Shown piece after piece: positions 10,036 through 32,070 of a DNA stretch of 45,708 nt. Location: assembly GCA_964242885.1 (NCBI GenBank), contig CAXTBU010000009.1, positions 5,015 to 50,722 of the forward strand. Direction: 5' to 3'. The translations under genes and the position numbers were made by a program. How positions within the stretch are numbered: position 1 is the stretch's first letter; each line of letters begins with the position of its first letter. Source of the DNA: an uncultured Actinomycetales bacterium. Its GTDB lineage: Bacteria; Actinomycetota; Actinomycetes; CAXTBU01. The notes beneath the pieces are model-generated. The model had not been told where the DNA came from, did not search any database, and saw only the letters and a list, made by a program, of their open reading frames with translations.

Positions 10036-10695
10036 TCAGTTCTCCCTGAACGGAAAGCCGAGCTGGCGCAGCAGCGCCCGTCCCTCGGCATCGGTCGTCG
10101 CGGTGGTGACCACGGTGATGTCCATCCCCCGCGCCTTGTCGATCTTGTCCGGGTCGATCTCGTGGAACATGACCTGCTCGGTCAGCCCGAACGTGTAGTT
10201 GCCGTGGCCGTCGAACTGCTTGGGGCTCAGGCCGCGGAAGTCGCGGATCCGCGGCAGCGCGAGGCTGACCAGGCGGTCCAGGAACTCCCACATCCGGTCC
10301 CCGCGCAGCGTGACGTGGGCGCCGATCGGCATGCCCTCGCGCAGCTTGAACTGGGCGATCGACTTGCGGGCCTTGGTCACCGAGGGCTTCTGGCCGGTGA
10401 TCAGCGTGAGGTCCCGCACCGCGTGGTCGATGACCTTGGAGTCACGCGCGGCCTCGCCGACACCGGAGTTCACGACGACCTTGACCAGCCCGGGGACCTG
10501 CATCGGGTTCCCGTAGGCGAACTCGGTGCGCAGGGCCGGCGCGATCTGTGCGCGGTAGAGCTGCTTGAGCCGCGGCTGCGTCCCGACCTGCGGGGTCGCG
10601 GACTGCGCCAACCCTGTCGACCCTGTCGACTCCGTCGACTCCGTCGAACCTGTCGGTGCGGCAGCGTCCGGCGTCTCGGTCTCGGTGGTCGTCAT
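10036..10695 (-). CDS. rplE: 50S ribosomal protein L5 with Thr/Ser/Glu-rich N-terminal extension
   Basis: [34 protein letters not shown]. Confidence 0.98.
   Translation of the reverse strand: MTTTETETPDAAAPTGSTESTESTGSTGLAQSATPQVGTQPRLKQLYRAQIAPALRTEFAYGNPMQVPGLVKVVVNSGVGEAARDSKVIDHAVRDLTLITGQKPSVTKARKSIAQFKLREGMPIGAHVTLRGDRMWEFLDRLVSLALPRIRDFRGLSPKQFDGHGNYTFGLTEQVMFHEIDPDKIDKARGMDITVVTTATTDAEGRALLRQLGFPFREN
10613..10657. repeat. 9-bp imperfect tandem repeat x5 encoding [14 protein letters not shown]
   Basis: cctgtcgac cctgtcgac tccgtcgac tccgtcgaa cctgtcggt. Confidence 0.8.
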
Positions 10696-11111
10696 CAGAT
10701 CTCCTCCCCGGTCTTGCGGGCGACACGCACGCTGCGGTAACTGGTGACCGTGGCGCCGTCGGCGCGGGTCTTCTCCACCGGCACGCGCTTGTAGCCGACG
10801 CGGGTGGTGACCCGCTGGCCCTCGTGCTCGACGACGAGCATCACGTTCGACACGTGCATCGGGGCCTCGGTGACGACGATGCCGCCGGGGCTGCCCCCGC
10901 TGGCGTTCTGCGTCGGCTTGGTGTGCTTGGTGATGCGGTTGACGCCCTCGACGACGACCCGCTGGCGCTCCGGGAAGACCTGGATGATCTTTCCCTCGCG
11001 GCCGCGGTCCTCACGCTTGCCGGTGATGACGCGGACCAGGTCGCCCTTCTTCAGGTGCAGCGGCTTGACGCGGCCGGTCGAGGTGTAGCTGCTCTTCAGG
11101 GTCTTCGCCAT
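10695..11111 (-). CDS. rplX: 50S ribosomal protein L24
   Basis: [31 protein letters not shown]; ATG 11111 (alternative GTG 11117). Confidence 0.96.
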   Translation of the reverse strand: MAKTLKSSYTSTGRVKPLHLKKGDLVRVITGKREDRGREGKIIQVFPERQRVVVEGVNRITKHTKPTQNASGGSPGGIVVTEAPMHVSNVMLVVEHEGQRVTTRVGYKRVPVEKTRADGATVTSYRSVRVARKTGEEI

Positions 11112-11113
11112 GC

Positions 11114-11482
11114 TCACAGCACCTCCGGGGCGAGGCTGATGATCCGCATGAACTTGCGGTCGCGCAGCTCACGGCCCACCGGACCGAAGATGCGGGTGCC
11201 GCGCGGCTCGCCGTCGGTGCGCAGGATGACGGCGGCGTTCTCGTCGAAGCGGATGTACGAGCCGTCCGGGCGCCGCCGCTCCTTGACGGTGCGGACGACG
11301 ACCGCCTTGACGACGTCGCCCTTCTTGACGTTGCCGCCGGGGATCGCGTCCTTGACGGTCGCGACGATGGTGTCGCCGATGCCGGCGTACCGGCGGCTCG
11401 AGCCGCCGAGGACCCGGATGCACAAGATCTCCTTGGCACCGGTGTTGTCGGCGACGCGCAGTCGCGTCTCCTGCTGGATCAT
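11114..11482 (-). CDS. rplN: 50S ribosomal protein L14
   Basis: [38 protein letters not shown]. Confidence 0.99.
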   Translation of the reverse strand: MIQQETRLRVADNTGAKEILCIRVLGGSSRRYAGIGDTIVATVKDAIPGGNVKKGDVVKAVVVRTVKERRRPDGSYIRFDENAAVILRTDGEPRGTRIFGPVGRELRDRKFMRIISLAPEVL

Positions 11483-11595
11483 CGGTTCAACTCCACGTCG
11501 TGTCCGGTCGTGCTCGTCTGTTCGTGCCGGCAGCGGTCCCGGGGTCCGGGCCCGTCACCTGTCGCGGTTGCTCCCGCGACGGTCTGGCTGGGGTG

Positions 11596-11922
11596 CTACT
11601 TGGCCCGCTCGAGGATCTCCACGACACGCCAGCGCTTGGTGGCCGACAGCGGACGGGTCTCCATGATCAGGACGAGGTCGCCCTCGTTGGCCCCGTTGGC
11701 CTCGTCGTGCGCCTTCACCCGCGTGCTGCGCCGGATGATCTTGGCGTACTTGGGGTGCCGCACGCGGTCCTCGACGGACACGACCACGGTCTTGTCCATC
11801 TTGTCGCTGACCACGTAGCCGCGTCGCACCTTGCGGTACCCGCGGGTACCGGTCGTCGCCTCGTCCGTCCCCGGAGTCGGGGTCTCGGCCGGAGCCTGGG
11901 TCTCGGTCTGTTCCGCCGTCAT
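11596..11922 (-). CDS. rpsQ: 30S ribosomal protein S17
   Basis: [29 protein letters not shown]. Confidence 0.98.
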   Translation of the reverse strand: MTAEQTETQAPAETPTPGTDEATTGTRGYRKVRRGYVVSDKMDKTVVVSVEDRVRHPKYAKIIRRSTRVKAHDEANGANEGDLVLIMETRPLSATKRWRVVEILERAK

Positions 11923-12182
11923 GCCGTCTCCTCCGTCGCCGGCTCCTCGGTGGGCTCGTCGCCCGCCGGGGCCGGGGAGATGCCGAGTTCGCGCTCACGC
12001 ATCACCGTGTAGATCCGTGCGATGTCCCGGCGGACCGAACGCAGCCCGCCGAAGCTGTCCAGCTGCCCGGTCGCCGACTGGAAGCGAAGGTTGAACAGCT
12101 CCTCCTTCGCCTCCCGCAGCTTGGTCAGCAGCTCGTCGCCGCCCAGGGTGCGGAGATCGTGCGCCTTCGACAGCGTCGCCAT
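11919..12182 (-). CDS. rpmC: 50S ribosomal protein L29
   Basis: [32 protein letters not shown]. Confidence 0.98.
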   Translation of the reverse strand: MATLSKAHDLRTLGGDELLTKLREAKEELFNLRFQSATGQLDSFGGLRSVRRDIARIYTVMRERELGISPAPAGDEPTEEPATEETA

Positions 12183-12183
12183 C

Positions 12184-12597
12184 TCAGGTCTCCTCCCGGA
12201 CGATGAACTTGCACTTCATGGGCAGCTTGTGGATCGCCCGGGTCATGGCCTCCTTGGCCAGGGGCTCACCGACACCGGCCAGCTCGAACATCACCCGGCC
12301 GGTCTTCACGTTCGCAACCCAGAACTCCGGGCTGCCCTTCCCGGAACCCATCCGGGTCTCGGCGGGCTTCTTGGTCAGCGGGCGGTCGGGGTAGATGTTG
12401 ATCCACACCTTTCCGCCACGCTTGATGTGCCGGGTCATCGCGATACGCGCGGACTCGATCTGCCGGTTGGTGACGTAGGAACCCTCCAGCGCCTGGATGC
12501 CGAAGTCGCCGAAGGCGAGCGAGGTGCCACCGGAAGCGGCGCCGGTGCGCTGCGGGCGGTGCTGCTTGCGGTGCTTGACGCGGCGCGGGATCAGCAC
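12184..12597 (-). CDS. rplP: 50S ribosomal protein L16
   Basis: [26 protein letters not shown]; GTG start. Confidence 0.99.
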   Translation of the reverse strand: MLIPRRVKHRKQHRPQRTGAASGGTSLAFGDFGIQALEGSYVTNRQIESARIAMTRHIKRGGKVWINIYPDRPLTKKPAETRMGSGKGSPEFWVANVKTGRVMFELAGVGEPLAKEAMTRAIHKLPMKCKFIVREET

Positions 12598-12600
12598 GGG

Positions 12601-13500
12601 TCAGCCCTCCACAGGGGTGGTAGCGGGGGTGCCGGCGGACGCGCTCGCGTCCTGCCCGGCGCCCTGGACGGGTGTGGTCGGGGCGACGGCCGCCTGGACA
12701 GCGTCGACCGAGATCCCGGCGGCCTCGGCCACCGGCGCCTGCTCGCTCGCCGGTGCGCCGTCGGCGGCGACCGGGTCGACCCGGCCAGTGGTCGGGCGGC
12801 GGGCGGGCCGGGTCGGACGTGCCCGGCCGTTGGCCACGGCCTGCGCCTTCTGCGCCTCCCGCTCGGCCCGGTTGGTGGAGACCTCGCCCTTGTAGACCCA
12901 GACCTTCACGCCGATGCGGCCGAAGGTGGTGCGGGCCTCGAAGAACCCGTAGTCGATGTCCGCGCGCAGCGTGTGCAGCGGCACCCGGCCCTCGCGGTAG
13001 AACTCCGAACGGCTCATCTCCGCACCGCCCAGGCGGCCGGACACCTGCACCCGGATGCCCTTGGCCACACCGGAGCGCATCGCCGACTGGATCGACTTGC
13101 GCATGGCGCGGCGGAACGAGACGCGGGCCGACAGCTGCTCGGCGACGCCCTGGGCGACGAGCTGGGCGTTGGTCTCGGCGTCCTTGACCTCGAGGATGTT
13201 GAGCTGGATCTGCTTGCCGGTGAGCTTCTCCAGCTCACCGCGGATCCGCTCGGCCTCGGCGCCGCGGCGGCCGATGACGATGCCCGGGCGCGCGGTGTGG
13301 ATGTCGACGCGGACCCGGTCCCGGGTGCGCTCGATCTCGACGTTCGCGATGCCCGCGCGCTCCATGCCCTTGCTCATCAGGCGACGGATCGCGACGTCCT
13401 CGCCGACGTAGTCGGCGTAGAGCTTGTCCGCGAACCACCGGCTGGAGAAGTCGGTGGTGATGCCGAGCCGGAACCCGTGCGGGTTGATCTTCTGGCCCAC
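12601..13500 (-). CDS. rpsC: 30S ribosomal protein S3
   Basis: [33 protein letters not shown]; long Ala/Pro-rich C-terminal tail. Confidence 0.99.
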   Translation of the reverse strand: MGQKINPHGFRLGITTDFSSRWFADKLYADYVGEDVAIRRLMSKGMERAGIANVEIERTRDRVRVDIHTARPGIVIGRRGAEAERIRGELEKLTGKQIQLNILEVKDAETNAQLVAQGVAEQLSARVSFRRAMRKSIQSAMRSGVAKGIRVQVSGRLGGAEMSRSEFYREGRVPLHTLRADIDYGFFEARTTFGRIGVKVWVYKGEVSTNRAEREAQKAQAVANGRARPTRPARRPTTGRVDPVAADGAPASEQAPVAEAAGISVDAVQAAVAPTTPVQGAGQDASASAGTPATTPVEG

Positions 13501-14018
13501 TACCGGGTCCCCTCAATCTCGGTGTCCGCCCCGGTCGCCACGGTGGCGACCGGCACGGCAGCTTGGCTCTGGTCGGTCTGGACGGCGGCCGCCGAGGCGC
13601 GGCGGCGGGTGTTGCCGGCCGTGCGCCGGGTGGCCCGCGCGGTGGCGGTACCGGCGCGGGCCTGCACCACCACGGTGATGTGGCTCGTCCGCTTGAGGAT
13701 CGTGAACGCACGACCCTTGCCGCCGGGACGGAAGCGCTTCATCGTCGGGCCCTCGTCGACGTAGGCCTGGCTGACCCAGAGCGAGTCCGGGTCCAGCTGC
13801 TTGTTGTTCGCCGCGTTCGCGACGGCGCTCTGGATCAGCTTGCGCACCGGCTCCCCCGCGGCCTGCGGGGCGAACTCCAGCAGCGCGACGACCTCGTCGG
13901 CCTTGCGGCCGCGGACCAGGTCCACGACGCGGCGCACCTTCTGCGGGGTCATCCGCACGTAGCGCGCCTGCGCCAGGGCGGCGTCGGCCGGCAGGTGCCG
14001 TGCCTTGTTCTCAGCCAT
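13500..14018 (-). CDS. rplV: 50S ribosomal protein L22
   Basis: [40 protein letters not shown]. Confidence 0.98.
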   Translation of the reverse strand: MAENKARHLPADAALAQARYVRMTPQKVRRVVDLVRGRKADEVVALLEFAPQAAGEPVRKLIQSAVANAANNKQLDPDSLWVSQAYVDEGPTMKRFRPGGKGRAFTILKRTSHITVVVQARAGTATARATRRTAGNTRRRASAAAVQTDQSQAAVPVATVATGADTEIEGTR

Positions 14019-14076
14019 CGTTTCCTCTGTCTGCGATCTGGGGTGTTCTGCTGGGCGTCCGGGCGGCGTCGGCGCG

Positions 14077-14358
14077 TCAGCGCCGGCGGGCCTTCCGGTC
14101 TTCCTTGACGTGGCCGCGGAACGTCCGCGTCGGCGAGAACTCGCCGAGCTTGTGCCCGACCATCGACTCGGTCACGAAGACCGGCACGTGCTTGCGCCCG
14201 TCGTGCACCGCGATGGTGTGTCCGAGCATGTCCGGGATGATCATCGAGCGGCGCGACCAGGTACGGATCACGTTCTTGGTCCCGGCCGCGTTCTGGACGT
14301 CCACCTTCTTCTGCAGGTGGTCGTCGACGAACGGGCCCTTCTTCAGGCTGCGTGGCAT
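14077..14358 (-). CDS. rpsS: 30S ribosomal protein S19
   Basis: [34 protein letters not shown]. Confidence 0.99.
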   Translation of the reverse strand: MPRSLKKGPFVDDHLQKKVDVQNAAGTKNVIRTWSRRSMIIPDMLGHTIAVHDGRKHVPVFVTESMVGHKLGEFSPTRTFRGHVKEDRKARRR

Positions 14359-14369
14359 GTCCGGTCCCC

Positions 14370-15200
14370 TCAGCGCTTCTTCCGGCGACGCCGGACGATC
14401 AGACGGTCACTGGCCTTGCCCGGCGTGCGGGTCCGGCCCTCGGGCTGGCCCCACGGGCTCACCGGGTGGCGGCCCCCGGAGGTCTTTCCCTCTCCACCGC
14501 CGTGCGGGTGGTCGATGGGGTTCATCGCGACACCACGCACCGACGGCCGACGGCCGAGCCAGCGCGCGCGGCCGGCCTTGCCGAGGTTGATGTTCGACTG
14601 CTCGGCGTTCCCGACCTCGCCGACGGTCGCGCGGCAGCGCGCGTCGACGTTGCGGATCTCGCTGCTGGGCATCCGGAGCTGCGCGTACGGGCCCTCCTTG
14701 GCGACCAGCTGCACGCTGACACCGGCGGACCGGGCGATCTTGGCCCCACCACCCGGCCGCAGCTCGATCGCGTGTACGACGGTGCCGACGGGGATGTTGC
14801 GCAGCGGCAGGCAGTTGCCCGGCTTGATGTCGGCGTCCGGCCCGTTCTCCACGGTCGCGCCCTGGGTCAGCCGGTTCGGCGCCAGGATGTAGCGCTTCTC
14901 GCCGTCCACGTAGTGGAGCAGCGCGATGCGCGCGGTGCGGTTCGGGTCGTACTCGATGTGCGCGACCTTCGCCGGCACGCCGTCCTTGTCGGCCCGGCGG
15001 AAGTCGATCACCCGGTAGGCGCGCTTGTGGCCACCGCCCTGGTGGCGGGTGGTGATCCGGCCGGTGTTGTTGCGGCCACCCTTGCGCGGCAGCGGGCGCA
15101 GCAGCGACTTCTCCGGGGTCGACCGGGTCAGCTCGACGAAGTCGGCGACGGATGCGCCGCGGCGCCCCGGCGTCGTCGGCTTGTACTTGCGGATGCCCAT
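14370..15200 (-). CDS. rplB: 50S ribosomal protein L2
   Basis: [37 protein letters not shown]. Confidence 0.99.
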   Translation of the reverse strand: MGIRKYKPTTPGRRGASVADFVELTRSTPEKSLLRPLPRKGGRNNTGRITTRHQGGGHKRAYRVIDFRRADKDGVPAKVAHIEYDPNRTARIALLHYVDGEKRYILAPNRLTQGATVENGPDADIKPGNCLPLRNIPVGTVVHAIELRPGGGAKIARSAGVSVQLVAKEGPYAQLRMPSSEIRNVDARCRATVGEVGNAEQSNINLGKAGRARWLGRRPSVRGVAMNPIDHPHGGGEGKTSGGRHPVSPWGQPEGRTRTPGKASDRLIVRRRRKKR

Positions 15201-15269
15201 GAGGTGTCTTCCCTGTCGCTCAGGCCGTGCGGTCGGTCAGGTGGTCTGCGGTGCCCGGTGCAGTGCGGC

Positions 15270-15593
15270 TCACGAGCCGGCCTGCCCGAAGATGTCGATC
15301 CGGTCGCCCTCGGCGAGGGTGACGATCGCGCGCTTGGTGTCCTTGCGCCGGCCGATGCCGAACTTCGTGCGCTTGGCCTTGCCCTGCCGGTTCAGCGTGT
15401 TCACGCCGATGACCTTGACCTTGAACGCGGCCTCGACGGCCGCCTTGATCTCGGTCTTGTCCGCACCGGGCTGGACGATGAACGTGTAGGTGTTCTGGTC
15501 CAGCAGCGCGTAGCTCTTCTCCGACACGACCGGGCGCAGCAGCACGTCGTAGGGGTTCGTGCGGGACAGTGCCCGCTCCGGCAGCGTGCTCAT
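15270..15593 (-). CDS. rplW: 50S ribosomal protein L23
   Basis: [26 protein letters not shown]; ATG 15593 overlaps the rplD stop. Confidence 0.96.
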   Translation of the reverse strand: MSTLPERALSRTNPYDVLLRPVVSEKSYALLDQNTYTFIVQPGADKTEIKAAVEAAFKVKVIGVNTLNRQGKAKRTKFGIGRRKDTKRAIVTLAEGDRIDIFGQAGS

Positions 15594-16312
15594 GCCTGGG
15601 CCTCCGTCGTCTCGGGTGCCGTCGTCTCGGGTGCCGTCGTCTCGGGTGCCGTCGTCTCGGGTGCCGTCGCCGTGCGCGCGCTGCGGGCGACGAACTCGTC
15701 GATCGCGGCGCGGGTGAACAGGACGTCGTCGGAGCACATGACGTCGTAGGCGTTGACCTGGTCCGACATCAGCACGTGCGCCCGGGCCACGTTGCGCAGG
15801 CTCAACGCCGCGGCGGACTCGGTGCGGCTGAGCACCACCAGCGGCCGGCGGACGGTGCTCACGGCCTCGAGGACGGCCAGCGCGGCCTTCGTCGAGGGCT
15901 CGGCGCCGACGGGCACGAACGCGTCGACGACCTTGACCCGGTCGGCACTCGCGCGGTCCGACAGCGCCCCGCGGGTGGCGGCCGCGATCATCTTCTTCGG
16001 GGTCCGCTGGGCGTACCCGTGCGGCGTCGGCCCGTGCACGACCCCGCCGCCGGTGAACTGCGGAGCGCGGATCGAGCCCTGGCGCGCGCGGCCGGTGCCC
16101 TTCTGCTTGTACGGCTTCTTGCCACCGCCGCGGACCTCGCCGCGCGTCTTCGTCGAGTGGCTGCCCTGGCGCGCCGCCGCCAGCTGGGCGACGACGACCT
16201 GGTGGATCAGCGGCACGTTGACGGGGACGTCGAACAGGCCCGACGGCGCCTCGAAGGTCCCGGCGGCAGCGCCGTCGGACCCGAGGACGGTCAGCACGGT
16301 CGGCTCGGTCAT
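15590..16312 (-). CDS. rplD: 50S ribosomal protein L4
   Basis: [36 protein letters not shown]. Confidence 0.98.
   Translation of the reverse strand: MTEPTVLTVLGSDGAAAGTFEAPSGLFDVPVNVPLIHQVVVAQLAAARQGSHSTKTRGEVRGGGKKPYKQKGTGRARQGSIRAPQFTGGGVVHGPTPHGYAQRTPKKMIAAATRGALSDRASADRVKVVDAFVPVGAEPSTKAALAVLEAVSTVRRPLVVLSRTESAAALSLRNVARAHVLMSDQVNAYDVMCSDDVLFTRAAIDEFVARSARTATAPETTAPETTAPETTAPETTEAQA
15604..15669. repeat. 15-bp perfect tandem repeat x4 encoding (TAPET)n at the L4 C-terminus
   Basis: ccgtcgtctcgggtg repeated four times plus a partial copy. Confidence 0.92.
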
Positions 16313-16995
16313 GCTCCGGCTCCCTTCGGGGCCTTGCTCGCCGAGCGCAGCACGATCAGTGCGCCACGCGGGCCCGGGACGGCGCCCTTGACGAGGACCA
16401 GCCCGCGGTCGGCGTCGACGGCCTGCACGGTGAGGTTCTGGGTGGTGGTCGTCACGTTGCCCATCCGGCCGGCCATCCGCATGCCCTTGAACACCCGGCC
16501 CGGCGTCGAGCAGCCGCCGATCGAGCCCGGGGACCGCTGCTTGCGCTGGGTGCCGTGGGTGGACTCCAGGCCCTTGAACCCGTGGCGCTTCATGACGCCG
16601 GCGGTGCCCTTGCCCTTGCTACGGCCGACGGCGTCGACGTACTCGCCGGCGGCGAAGGTCTCGGCCGTTACCTCCTGGCCGAGGCTGTACTGACCGGCGT
16701 CGGCCGTGCGGATCTCGACCAGGTGGCGGCGCGGGGTGACCCCGGCGCGGGCGAAGTGGCCGGTGCGCGGCTTGTTCACCTTGCGGGGGTCGATCGCGCC
16801 GAAGCCGAGCTGGACGGCTGAGTAGCCGTCGGACTCGGACGTGCGCACCTGGGTGACGACGCACGGGCCGGCCTGGACCACGGTGACGGGGACGAGCCGG
16901 TTGTCGCCGTCCCACACCTGGGTCATCCCCAGCTTCTGGCCGAGGACGCCCTTCACCACTGGTCCGGCTGCTGCCGGCACGGAGGGGGAGCTCAT
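16309..16995 (-). CDS. rplC: 50S ribosomal protein L3
   Basis: [41 protein letters not shown]; ATG 16995 with GGAAGG RBS. Confidence 0.97.
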   Translation of the reverse strand: MSSPSVPAAAGPVVKGVLGQKLGMTQVWDGDNRLVPVTVVQAGPCVVTQVRTSESDGYSAVQLGFGAIDPRKVNKPRTGHFARAGVTPRRHLVEIRTADAGQYSLGQEVTAETFAAGEYVDAVGRSKGKGTAGVMKRHGFKGLESTHGTQRKQRSPGSIGGCSTPGRVFKGMRMAGRMGNVTTTTQNLTVQAVDADRGLVLVKGAVPGPRGALIVLRSASKAPKGAGA

Positions 16996-17012
16996 GGTGG
17001 ACAGACCTTCCT

Positions 17013-17321
17013 CTACAGCTTGATCTCGATGTCGACGCCCGCCGGCAGGTCGAGCCGCATCAGGGAGTCGACGGTCTTCGGCGTCGGGTCGACGATGTCG
17101 ATCAGCCGCTTGTGCGTGCGCATCTCGAAGTGCTCGCGCGAGTCCTTGTACTTGTGCGGGCTGCGGATGACGCAGAACACGTTGCGCTCGGTCGGCAGCG
17201 GCACGGGGCCGGTCACGCGTGCACCGGTCCGGGTCACGGTGTCGACGATCTTCCGCGCGGAGGAGTCGATGACCTCGTGGTCGTACGCCTTCAACCGGAT
17301 GCGGATCTTCTGTCCCGCCAT
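17013..17321 (-). CDS. rpsJ: 30S ribosomal protein S10
   Basis: [36 protein letters not shown]. Confidence 0.99.
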   Translation of the reverse strand: MAGQKIRIRLKAYDHEVIDSSARKIVDTVTRTGARVTGPVPLPTERNVFCVIRSPHKYKDSREHFEMRTHKRLIDIVDPTPKTVDSLMRLDLPAGVDIEIKL

Positions 17322-17541
17322 GGCTCGCTCGTCCTAACGCTCGTCGACCGTCGTGTCGTGCCTGTCCTGCACCGTGCTGTCCTGCAGCAGGCACCGCCGT
17401 CTCGCCCGCAGGAGAGGGGAACTGCCTGGTGGCGCCCACACCCGATGTCGGGTGTGTCGCGCCGCCGCACCGTACTGCGGCGGTTGATCCGCCCCGGGGG
17501 TCCGCCTGATGGCAGCTGACCGCCCACCGGGCAACTCCACG

Positions 17542-17571
17542 AGTATGCCAGGTGGCACGCCGCGCGACCAA
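17542..17571 (-). promoter_or_regulatory. Putative housekeeping-sigma promoter of the S10 operon
   Basis: TTGGTC-18 nt-CATACT with TGG extended -10. Confidence 0.6.
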
Positions 17572-17603
17572 ACGCGTCAGGCGGTACCCGACCCGGCACA
17601 GAC

Positions 17604-17641
17604 CGACGCCCCAGCCGCCCACGTGCGCGGCCGGGGCGTCG
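17604..17641 (-). terminator. GC-rich hairpin downstream of tuf
   Basis: cgacgcccc-a-gccgc..gcggc-c-ggggcgtcg inverted repeat about 15 nt after the stop. Confidence 0.55.
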
Positions 17642-17655
17642 ACCCCAGCGGAGTG

Positions 17656-18849
<1,194 letters not shown>

Positions 18850-19007
18850 TGTTCTCTCCTCAAGCTTGATCTGATTGGTCGTGCCGTGCTGCGCGGGGCG
18901 GGCCCGCCGACGTCGTGCGCGGGCTCGATCACCCGGGATGTGCAGGGAGCGCGGACTGCCGGCCGGCGGACCGCGCCGCCGAGGCGACGATCCGTCAGCC
19001 TACCGGC

Positions 19008-21119
<2,112 letters not shown>

Positions 21120-21225
21120 GTGCTCGGTGCTTCTCTCTGTCAGGTACGTCGGGGCGGACATGCGTCCGGTGGGGCGTCGGTCAGCCCCGGTGTGGGAGGT
21201 CCCCCCGCGGTGCGCGGGGCAACCG

Positions 21226-21696
21226 TCACCACCTGTAGTGCGCGAAGGCCTTGTTCGATTCCGCCATCTTGTGCGTGTCCTCGCGCCGCTTGACGCTGGC
21301 GCCGAGGCCGTTGGAGGCGTCGAGCAGCTCGTTCATCAGCCGCTGCGTCATCTCCTTCTCGCGCCGGCTGCGGGAATAGCTGACGAGCCAGCGCAGCGCG
21401 AGCTGCGTGGAGCGCGACGGCCGGACCTCGACGGGCACCTGGTAGGTCTGCCCGCCGACGCGGCGGCTGCGGACCTCCAGCGTCGGCTTGACGTTGTCCA
21501 GCGCCCGCTTCAGCGTGACGACAGGGTCGGTGCCGTTCTTGTCCCGGCACCCCTCGAGGGCGGCGTAGACGATGCGCTCGGCGATCGACTTCTTGCCGTC
21601 GACGAGGATCTTGTTGACCAGCTGGGAGACCAGCGGCGAGGCGTACACCGGGTCGACGATCAGAGGTCGCTTGGGGACGGGTCCCTTGCGCGGCAT
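21226..21696 (-). CDS. rpsG: 30S ribosomal protein S7
   Basis: [39 protein letters not shown]. Confidence 0.99.
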   Translation of the reverse strand: MPRKGPVPKRPLIVDPVYASPLVSQLVNKILVDGKKSIAERIVYAALEGCRDKNGTDPVVTLKRALDNVKPTLEVRSRRVGGQTYQVPVEVRPSRSTQLALRWLVSYSRSRREKEMTQRLMNELLDASNGLGASVKRREDTHKMAESNKAFAHYRW

Positions 21697-21762
21697 GTCA
21701 GCAGGCTCCTTCAGCGGGTGCGGGGGTGGGACGGGTCGTGCCGGGGTGGTCGGTCATCGCTG

Positions 21763-22131
21763 TCAGCTCTTCTTCGCGCCGTAGCGGCTGCGGGCCTGCT
21801 TGCGGCCCTTGACGCCCTGCGTGTCCAGCGAGCCGCGGATGACCTTGTAGCGGACCCCGGGCAGGTCGCGGACGCGACCGCCGCGGACGAGCACGATGGA
21901 GTGCTCCTGCAGGTTGTGGCCGACACCGGGGATGTAGGCGGTGACCTCGACGCCACTGGTCAGCCGCACGCGGGCGACCTTGCGCAGGGCGGAGTTCGGC
22001 TTCTTCGGGGTGGTGGTGAACACCCGCGTGCAGACGCCGCGCCGCTGGGGCGAGCCCTTCAGGGCCGCCGTCTTGTTCTTGGCGACCTTGTCGTGTCGGC
22101 CCTTGCGCACGAGCTGCTGGATGGTGGGCAC
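21763..22131 (-). CDS. rpsL: 30S ribosomal protein S12
   Basis: [30 protein letters not shown]; GTG start. Confidence 0.99.
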   Translation of the reverse strand: MPTIQQLVRKGRHDKVAKNKTAALKGSPQRRGVCTRVFTTTPKKPNSALRKVARVRLTSGVEVTAYIPGVGHNLQEHSIVLVRGGRVRDLPGVRYKVIRGSLDTQGVKGRKQARSRYGAKKS

Positions 22132-22187
22132 CGCCTAGCGCCTTCTTCCTCGTTGTCGCACCGCACGGCGGTGTCATGGTCCTGATC

Positions 22188-22211
22188 GATGTCGTGATGT
22201 CGTGATGTCGT
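22188..22211. repeat. 8-bp tandem repeat x3 in the rpsL leader
   Basis: gatgtcgt x3. Confidence 0.85.
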
Positions 22212-22353
22212 GGTGGCCTGACCGACGCACCCGCGCTCGGGCGTGTCGGGCCGGTGGCCGCCGCCGAGGCCCGCCTGCGACCGGCCCCACGACGTGCGGG
22301 CCGTGCTGAGCTGCGGGCACAACTGAACGGCGTCCGCATGGCGGAACCAGTCG

Positions 22354-22383
22354 AGACTACCTGCGAGCGCCGGGGACGGTCAA
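22354..22383 (-). promoter_or_regulatory. Putative housekeeping-sigma promoter of the str operon
   Basis: TTGACC-18 nt-TAGTCT. Confidence 0.7.
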
Positions 22384-22429
22384 AGCAGCCGGCGCCTCGC
22401 CGCCGCCACCTCCCCCGGGCGCACGCCGA

Positions 22430-22461
22430 TCGCGGGAGCCGGCCGGAGCCGGCTCCCGCGA
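22430..22461 (-). terminator. Hairpin downstream of rpoC
   Basis: Perfect 14-bp stem tcgcgggagccggc-cgga-gccggctcccgcga 8 nt after the stop. Confidence 0.7.
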
Positions 22462-22469
22462 CGTGGCGG

Positions 22470-26414
<3,945 letters not shown>

Positions 26415-26440
26415 CTGGTTCCTTCTCTCTTTGTCGACCT

Positions 26441-26527
26441 CCACCGCCGGTGTACCGGCGGTGGGGGGTTGAAAAGCCTGGTGGGGTCGGCCGGCGCCGG
26501 CCACCCCCTCGCGGGGGCGGCCGGCGC
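26441..26527 (-). other. Two stem-loops in the rpoB-rpoC spacer
   Basis: ccaccgccgg-tgta-ccggcggtgg (26441-26464) and a 15-bp stem with GCGA tetraloop on the mRNA (26494-26527). Confidence 0.7.
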
Positions 26528-26531
26528 GCGG

Positions 26532-30074
<3,543 letters not shown>

Positions 30075-30275
30075 GACGGATCCTTCCCGGATGCCTGGGG
30101 GCGAGCTTGGCTGGTCGGCGACTGGCGACCAGAGGACGGACGGAGCTGACAGGCGACGGAATCGACGGTGAACAGGGGGCGTGACGGTCTGTCGGAGACG
30201 GGAACGTGCTGACGGCGCGGCAGCTTCCCGGGCGGTTGGGCCCGGTCAGTCAGGAGGAGGGCAGCGCAAAGAGAC

Positions 30276-30281
30276 ACACTA
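30276..30281 (-). promoter_or_regulatory. Putative -10 element (TAGTGT) for rpoBC
   Basis: TANNNT in an AT-richer patch about 200 nt upstream of rpoB. Confidence 0.5.
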
Positions 30282-30471
30282 GTGCCTTGGCCGGGCAGGT
30301 GTCGACCCCGGCCTCCGGGGCGGGCCGCGTGGACCGGGCGACCCGGGACCGGCGCCTGGCCGGTCGGTGCGGGTGGGTCCGGCGACCCCGGGAACCGGGG
30401 CTGCCGGGGAGGTGTTCACCACCGACGACGAGGAGGCTGCCACCCACCCGACCCGTCGTCAAGGGGGGGCG

Positions 30472-30530
30472 CGCCCCGGTGTCCGGGAGCCTGCGCCCGC
30501 CCCGGTGTCCGGGAGCCTGCGCCCGCCCCG
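30472..30530. repeat. 26-bp perfect tandem duplication plus partial copy, rplL-rpoB spacer
   Basis: cgccccggtgtccgggagcctgcgcc x2 + cgccccg. Confidence 0.9.
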
Positions 30531-30613
30531 CTGTGCCGGCCTGCTCGACGATCCCGGGAACGACCGACCGCCGGGCCCGTGTCCGGGCCCGGCGGTCGGG
30601 GTGGTGTCGATCA

Positions 30614-30645
30614 GACCGCGGGGCACCCGTCGGGTGCCGGCGGTC
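30614..30645 (-). terminator. Hairpin downstream of rplL
   Basis: gaccgc-gg-ggcaccc..gggtgcc-g-gcggtc right after the stop. Confidence 0.55.
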
Positions 30646-30651
30646 AGCGGG

Positions 30652-31038
30652 TCACTTGAGGGTGACGCTCGCCCCGGCGCCCTCGAGGGCAGCCTTGGCC
30701 TTCTCGGCGGTGGCCTTGTCGACGTGCTCCAGGACGGCCTTGGGTGCGGCCTCGACGAGGTCCTTGGCCTCCTTCAGGCCGAGGCTCGTCAGCGTCCGCA
30801 CCTCCTTGATGACCTGGATCTTCTTGTCGCCGGCCGCGTCGAGGACGACGTCGAACTCGTCCTGCTCCTCGGCGGCGGGGGCCTCGGCGCCGGCAGCGCC
30901 ACCAGCGGCGGCGACCGCGACAGGGGCGGCGGCGGTGACGCCGAAGGTGTCCTCGAACTGGTGCACGAACTCCGACAGCTCGAGCAGGGTCATGCCCTTG
31001 AAGGCGTCGAGCAGCTCGTCGGTGGTCAGCGTTGCCAT
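30652..31038 (-). CDS. rplL: 50S ribosomal protein L7/L12
   Basis: [39 protein letters not shown]. Confidence 0.99.
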   Translation of the reverse strand: MATLTTDELLDAFKGMTLLELSEFVHQFEDTFGVTAAAPVAVAAAGGAAGAEAPAAEEQDEFDVVLDAAGDKKIQVIKEVRTLTSLGLKEAKDLVEAAPKAVLEHVDKATAEKAKAALEGAGASVTLK

Positions 31039-31090
31039 GGTGGTTCCTCTCGCGGGGGTGGAGTCGGGAGACGGGGGGTGACGCGGTCGG

Positions 31091-31756
31091 TCAGGCGGTC
31101 TGCGCCGGGGCGTCGGCGGACGCCAGCACCTCGGCGGTCTCGGCGGCGACCGGCTCGGCGGTCGCCTCAGCGCCCTCGGCCGGGGTGTCCGCCGGGCTGT
31201 CGGACGCGGTGACCAGAACGGTCTCGGAGTCGGCTGGGCTGTTCTCGGCGACCTGCGCCCGGAGGGCGTCGAGCAGTCGGACGGCCTGGGACAGCGGCGC
31301 GGCCAGCAGCGACACGGTCTTCTGGGGCAGCGCCTGGAACGCGCCGGCCAGCTTGCCCAGCAGGACCTCGCGGCTGTCCAGGTCGGCGAGCCTGGACAGC
31401 TCGTCGGTGGTCATCGTGCGGCCGTCGAGCAGGCCGCCCTTGATGATCAGCGCCGGGTTGGCGCGGGAGAACTCCCGCAGCCCCTTGGCGACCACCACCG
31501 GGTCACCGGTGACGAACACCGCCGCCGACGGCCCCGTGAGCAGGTCGTCGAAGGCCGTGACGCCCGCGTTGGCCGCGGCGATCTTGGTGAGGGTGTTCTT
31601 GACGACCGCGTAGGTCGCGTTGCCGTCCAGCTCGGTGCGGAGCTGGCCCAGCTGCTTGACGGTCAGACCGCGGTACTCGGTCAGGACGACCGCGGACGAG
31701 GCGCGGAACTGATCGGTCAGCTCCGCGACGGCCGCGGCCTTGTCGGGACGCACCAT
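31091..31756 (-). CDS. rplJ: 50S ribosomal protein L10
   Basis: [31 protein letters not shown]; ATG 31756 with GAGGAG RBS. Confidence 0.97.
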   Translation of the reverse strand: MVRPDKAAAVAELTDQFRASSAVVLTEYRGLTVKQLGQLRTELDGNATYAVVKNTLTKIAAANAGVTAFDDLLTGPSAAVFVTGDPVVVAKGLREFSRANPALIIKGGLLDGRTMTTDELSRLADLDSREVLLGKLAGAFQALPQKTVSLLAAPLSQAVRLLDALRAQVAENSPADSETVLVTASDSPADTPAEGAEATAEPVAAETAEVLASADAPAQTA

Positions 31757-31839
31757 GGCGACTCCTCGGGTTCTCCTGCCGACCGCGGACAGGACTGCGG
31801 ACGGCGCGGGCAGGGCGGTGCCTCGGTGCCCGGGAACGA

Positions 31840-31982
31840 GGAGAGCCCCGGCGCAGATGCGCTCGGGGCTCGCGGTCCGCGTGCGGACCAGCTTCCGATC
31901 ACACCTGCGCGGGCCCCCGGGTCTCCCGGGGCTTCGGACCGCCACCCGGACAGGGCGGCGACCACCAGCGGTCTTCGGCTGT
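31840..31982 (-). promoter_or_regulatory. L10 leader (r-protein autoregulatory RNA)
   Basis: CCGAAGACCGCUGG...CCCGCGCAGG core then gagccccg..cggggctc hairpin upstream of rplJ; TAGACT -10 at 31987-31992. Confidence 0.7.
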
Positions 31983-32070
31983 CGTCAGTCTAGGTCAGGT
32001 CCGCGGGGAGCATCACCATCCGGTTCCGGCGTCCGGGCGACGACGGTCGCGCCGGCGGGTCGGTTCCGGG

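Noticed and set aside
15604-15669. Tandem repeats as a possible CRISPR array
   Set aside because: No spacers and no cas genes; this repeat is in-frame coding sequence.
16530-16580. L3 loop variant [16 protein letters not shown] near the peptidyl transferase centre
   Set aside because: The region varies between taxa and I could not map it confidently to a known resistance allele.
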